A stretch of DNA of 64,000 nt from the NCBI GenBank assembly GCA_002269645.1, contig NIVC01002159.1, forward strand, positions 16,394-80,393, given 5' to 3'. A model generated the notes under the pieces. It made no database searches. It had not been told where the DNA came from and saw only the letters and a program-made list of their open reading frames with translations. Each line of letters opens with the position of its first letter. The stretch's first letter is position 1. The position numbers and the translations under genes were made by a program. Source of the stretch: Macrostomum lignano (Eukaryota). Positions 61,622 to 64,000 of the stretch are shown here, piece by piece.

Positions 61622-62074
61622 CTGCAGGGGATGAAAAAGGAGCGACTGGGGATCAAAACCGATTAGCTTCTGTCTCTCGCTTATTCCGGCTCTCGACAGC
61701 GGCCAAGCGAGCTGCTGATTACGTAACAATGGAAGCAACCTGGGCGCCGGCTCGAATCCCATGAGGGTGTCCCCTCTCTCCCCGAGTCAATGTGGGACAG
61801 CCGCCGATGCAGCTTTGAGTGGAGCGACCGAGGTTGAGTCGGAGAGGATGGGTGAGGTTATTCTCAAAGTTTTTCTCAAAGCCTCTCAGATGTATTCAGT
61901 CAGTTGAGCAGGCCCAGACTCCCATCCTTGATGATGGAGTGGCTGCTCGAATGCAGATTTCGTGAGTCGATGGCTGTGCAAAGTGCAGCCGGGTTTTCAA
62001 CGGCTTTGTTGATGCGGTTGAGACTCGAAGCAGATGGGGAGACGGGAGAAAAAGGAGGGGAGAGTCAGTGGTGA

Positions 62075-63540
62075 ATGGGAGATGCATTGATGAAGGGAAG
62101 ATGCAGTGTTGAAGGGAAGATGCAGTGATGAAGGGAAGATGCAGTGTTGAAGGGGAGGTGCAGTGTTGAAGGGAAGATGCAGTGATGAAGGGAAGATGCA
62201 GTGTTGAAGGGAAGATGCAGTGATGAAGGGAAGATGCAGTGATGAAGGGAAGATGCAGTGTTGAAGGGAAGATGCAGTGATGAAGGGAAGATGCAGTGAT
62301 GAAGGGAAGATGCAGTGTTGAAGGGGAGGTGCAGTGTTGAAGGGAAGATGCAGTGATGAAGGGAAGATGCAGTGTTGAAGGGAAGATGCAGTGATGAAGG
62401 GAAGATGCAGTGTTGAAGGGAAGATGCAGTGATGAAGGAAGATGCAGTGATGAAGGGAAGATGCAGTGATGAATGGGAGGTGCAGTGTTGAAGGGGAGGT
62501 GCAGTGATGAAGGGAAGATGCAGTGTTGAAGGGAAGATGCAGTGATGAAGGGAAGATGCAGTGATGAAGGGAGGATGCTGTGGTGAATGGGAGATGCATT
62601 GATGAAGGGAAGATGCAGTGTTGAAGGGAAGATGCAGTGATGAAGGGAAGATGCAGTGTTGAAGGGAGGTGCAGTGTTGAAGGGAAGATGCAGTGATGAA
62701 GGGAAGATGCAGTGATGAAGGGAAGATGCAGTGATGAAGGGGAGGTGCAGTGTTGAAGGGGAGGTGCAGTGATGAAGGGAAGATGCAGTGTTGAAGGGAA
62801 GATGCAGTGATGAAGGGAAGATGCAGTGATGAAGGGAAGATGCAGTGTTGAAGGGGAGGTGCAGTGTTGAAGGGAAGATGCAGTGATGAAGGGAAGATGC
62901 AGTGTTGAAGGGAAGATGCAGTGATGAAGGGAAGATGCAGTGTTGAAGGGAAGATGCAGTGATGAAGGGAAGATGCAGTGATGAAGGGAAGATGCAGTGA
63001 TGAATGGGAGGTGCAGTGTTGAAGGGGAGGTGCAGTGATGAAGGGAAGATGCTGTGGTGAAGGGAAGATGCTGTGGTGAAGGGAAGATGCAGTGGTGAAG
63101 GGAAGATGCAGTGATGAAGGGAAGATGCAGTGATGAAGGGAGGATGCTGTGGTGAAGGGAAGATGCTGTGGTGAAGGGAAGATGCTGTGGTGAAGGGAAG
63201 ATGCAGTGGTGAAGGGAAGATGCAGTGATGAAGGGAAGATGCAGTGATGAAGGAGGATGCTGTAGTGAAGGGAAGATGCTGTGGTGAAGGGAAGATGCTG
63301 TGGTGAAGGGAAGATGCAGTGGTGAAGGGAAGATGCAGTGATGAAGGGAAGATGCAGTGATGAAGGGAGGATGCTGTGGTGAAGGGAAGATGCTGTGGTG
63401 AAGGGAAGATGCTGTGGTGAAGGGAAGATGCAGTGGTGAAGGGAAGATGCAGTGATGAAGGGAAGATGCAGTGATGAAGGGAGGATGCTGTGGTGAAGGG
63501 AAGATGCTGTGGTGAAGGGAAGATGCTGTGGTGAAGGGAA
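62075..63540. repeat. 19-bp minisatellite (GAAGGGAAGATGCAGTGAT and variants)
   Basis: 19-bp period; the variant mix changes along the array. Confidence 0.96.
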
Positions 63541-64000
63541 CAGATGGCAGCAGACAGTAAAGCGAGAGAACAAAGGAAAGTGTTAGCAGGGGTATAGCTG
63601 GATACTCAGCAGAATATTGGCTCCAGATGACTCCAGTCGGGTCGGATTCGCTCGATAAATTTAAGGCAACACTTCGAGCGCATTGGCAGGTTCAAAGAAA
63701 ATGTGATGCCCCAGCTCAGAAATAATGGAGCAGCCCCGTTGCGTGCTTCTCGCTCTGGCTCTCGGCTTTCAGGAGCAGCAGCAGCAGCAGACCGCCATGG
63801 AATCTGAGTCCACTTGCCAACCAGCCCTGCTGCATGTTTTATGCCAGCCTCGGGGCAAAACTTGAGGGGCCAGAAGCGGGGGCGGGCTGGTCTGTCCCGC
63901 GTGTCCGTGCGATTACGCAATCAGACGCAGAGCTTTTCGTGCCATGCTCTCGGGGAAGAAGAGGTCACAGGTTTCGAATGGGATGAAAGAAGAGTCTTCG

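Noticed and set aside
62065-63573. His-rich 502-aa ORF
   Set aside because: Translation of the 19-bp array.

Overview
This is eukaryotic (animal) genomic DNA, not prokaryotic. It has GC-rich exons, GT-AG introns, AT-rich intergenic stretches and about 30 separate tandem-repeat arrays. The style resembles a repeat-rich free-living flatworm such as Macrostomum (inference only). Most long ORFs in the six-frame track are stop-free minisatellite artefacts. I rebuilt these genes by hand from splice sites and reading phase: (+) an Lbc/GEF-H1/ARHGEF18-family DH-PH RhoGEF (exons 11026-17812, possible first exon 1389-1582); (+) PRADC1 with two candidate signal-peptide first exons; (-) ABHD18 (5 exons, 479 aa); (-) a small coiled-coil gene with an in-frame TAG; (-) a Pro/Ala/Ser-rich protein with a CRACD/DUF4592-like motif; (-) a short PEHE-domain KANSL1/NSL1-like protein; and a poorly resolved (-) multi-exon gene across about 50.8-61.6 kb. 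Several non-autonomous DNA transposons have identifiable terminal inverted repeats (TIRs) and target-site duplications (TSDs), including a three-layer nested element at 21407-24277. There are also two tRNA-like SINE heads. The most interesting signals are: two copies of one 42-bp minisatellite in inverted orientation around candidate exons; a near one-private-array-per-intron architecture; the in-frame stop in the coiled-coil gene; and a hAT insertion that duplicated a splice donor between alternative PRADC1 first exons. No CRISPR, rRNA or intact tRNA genes were found.
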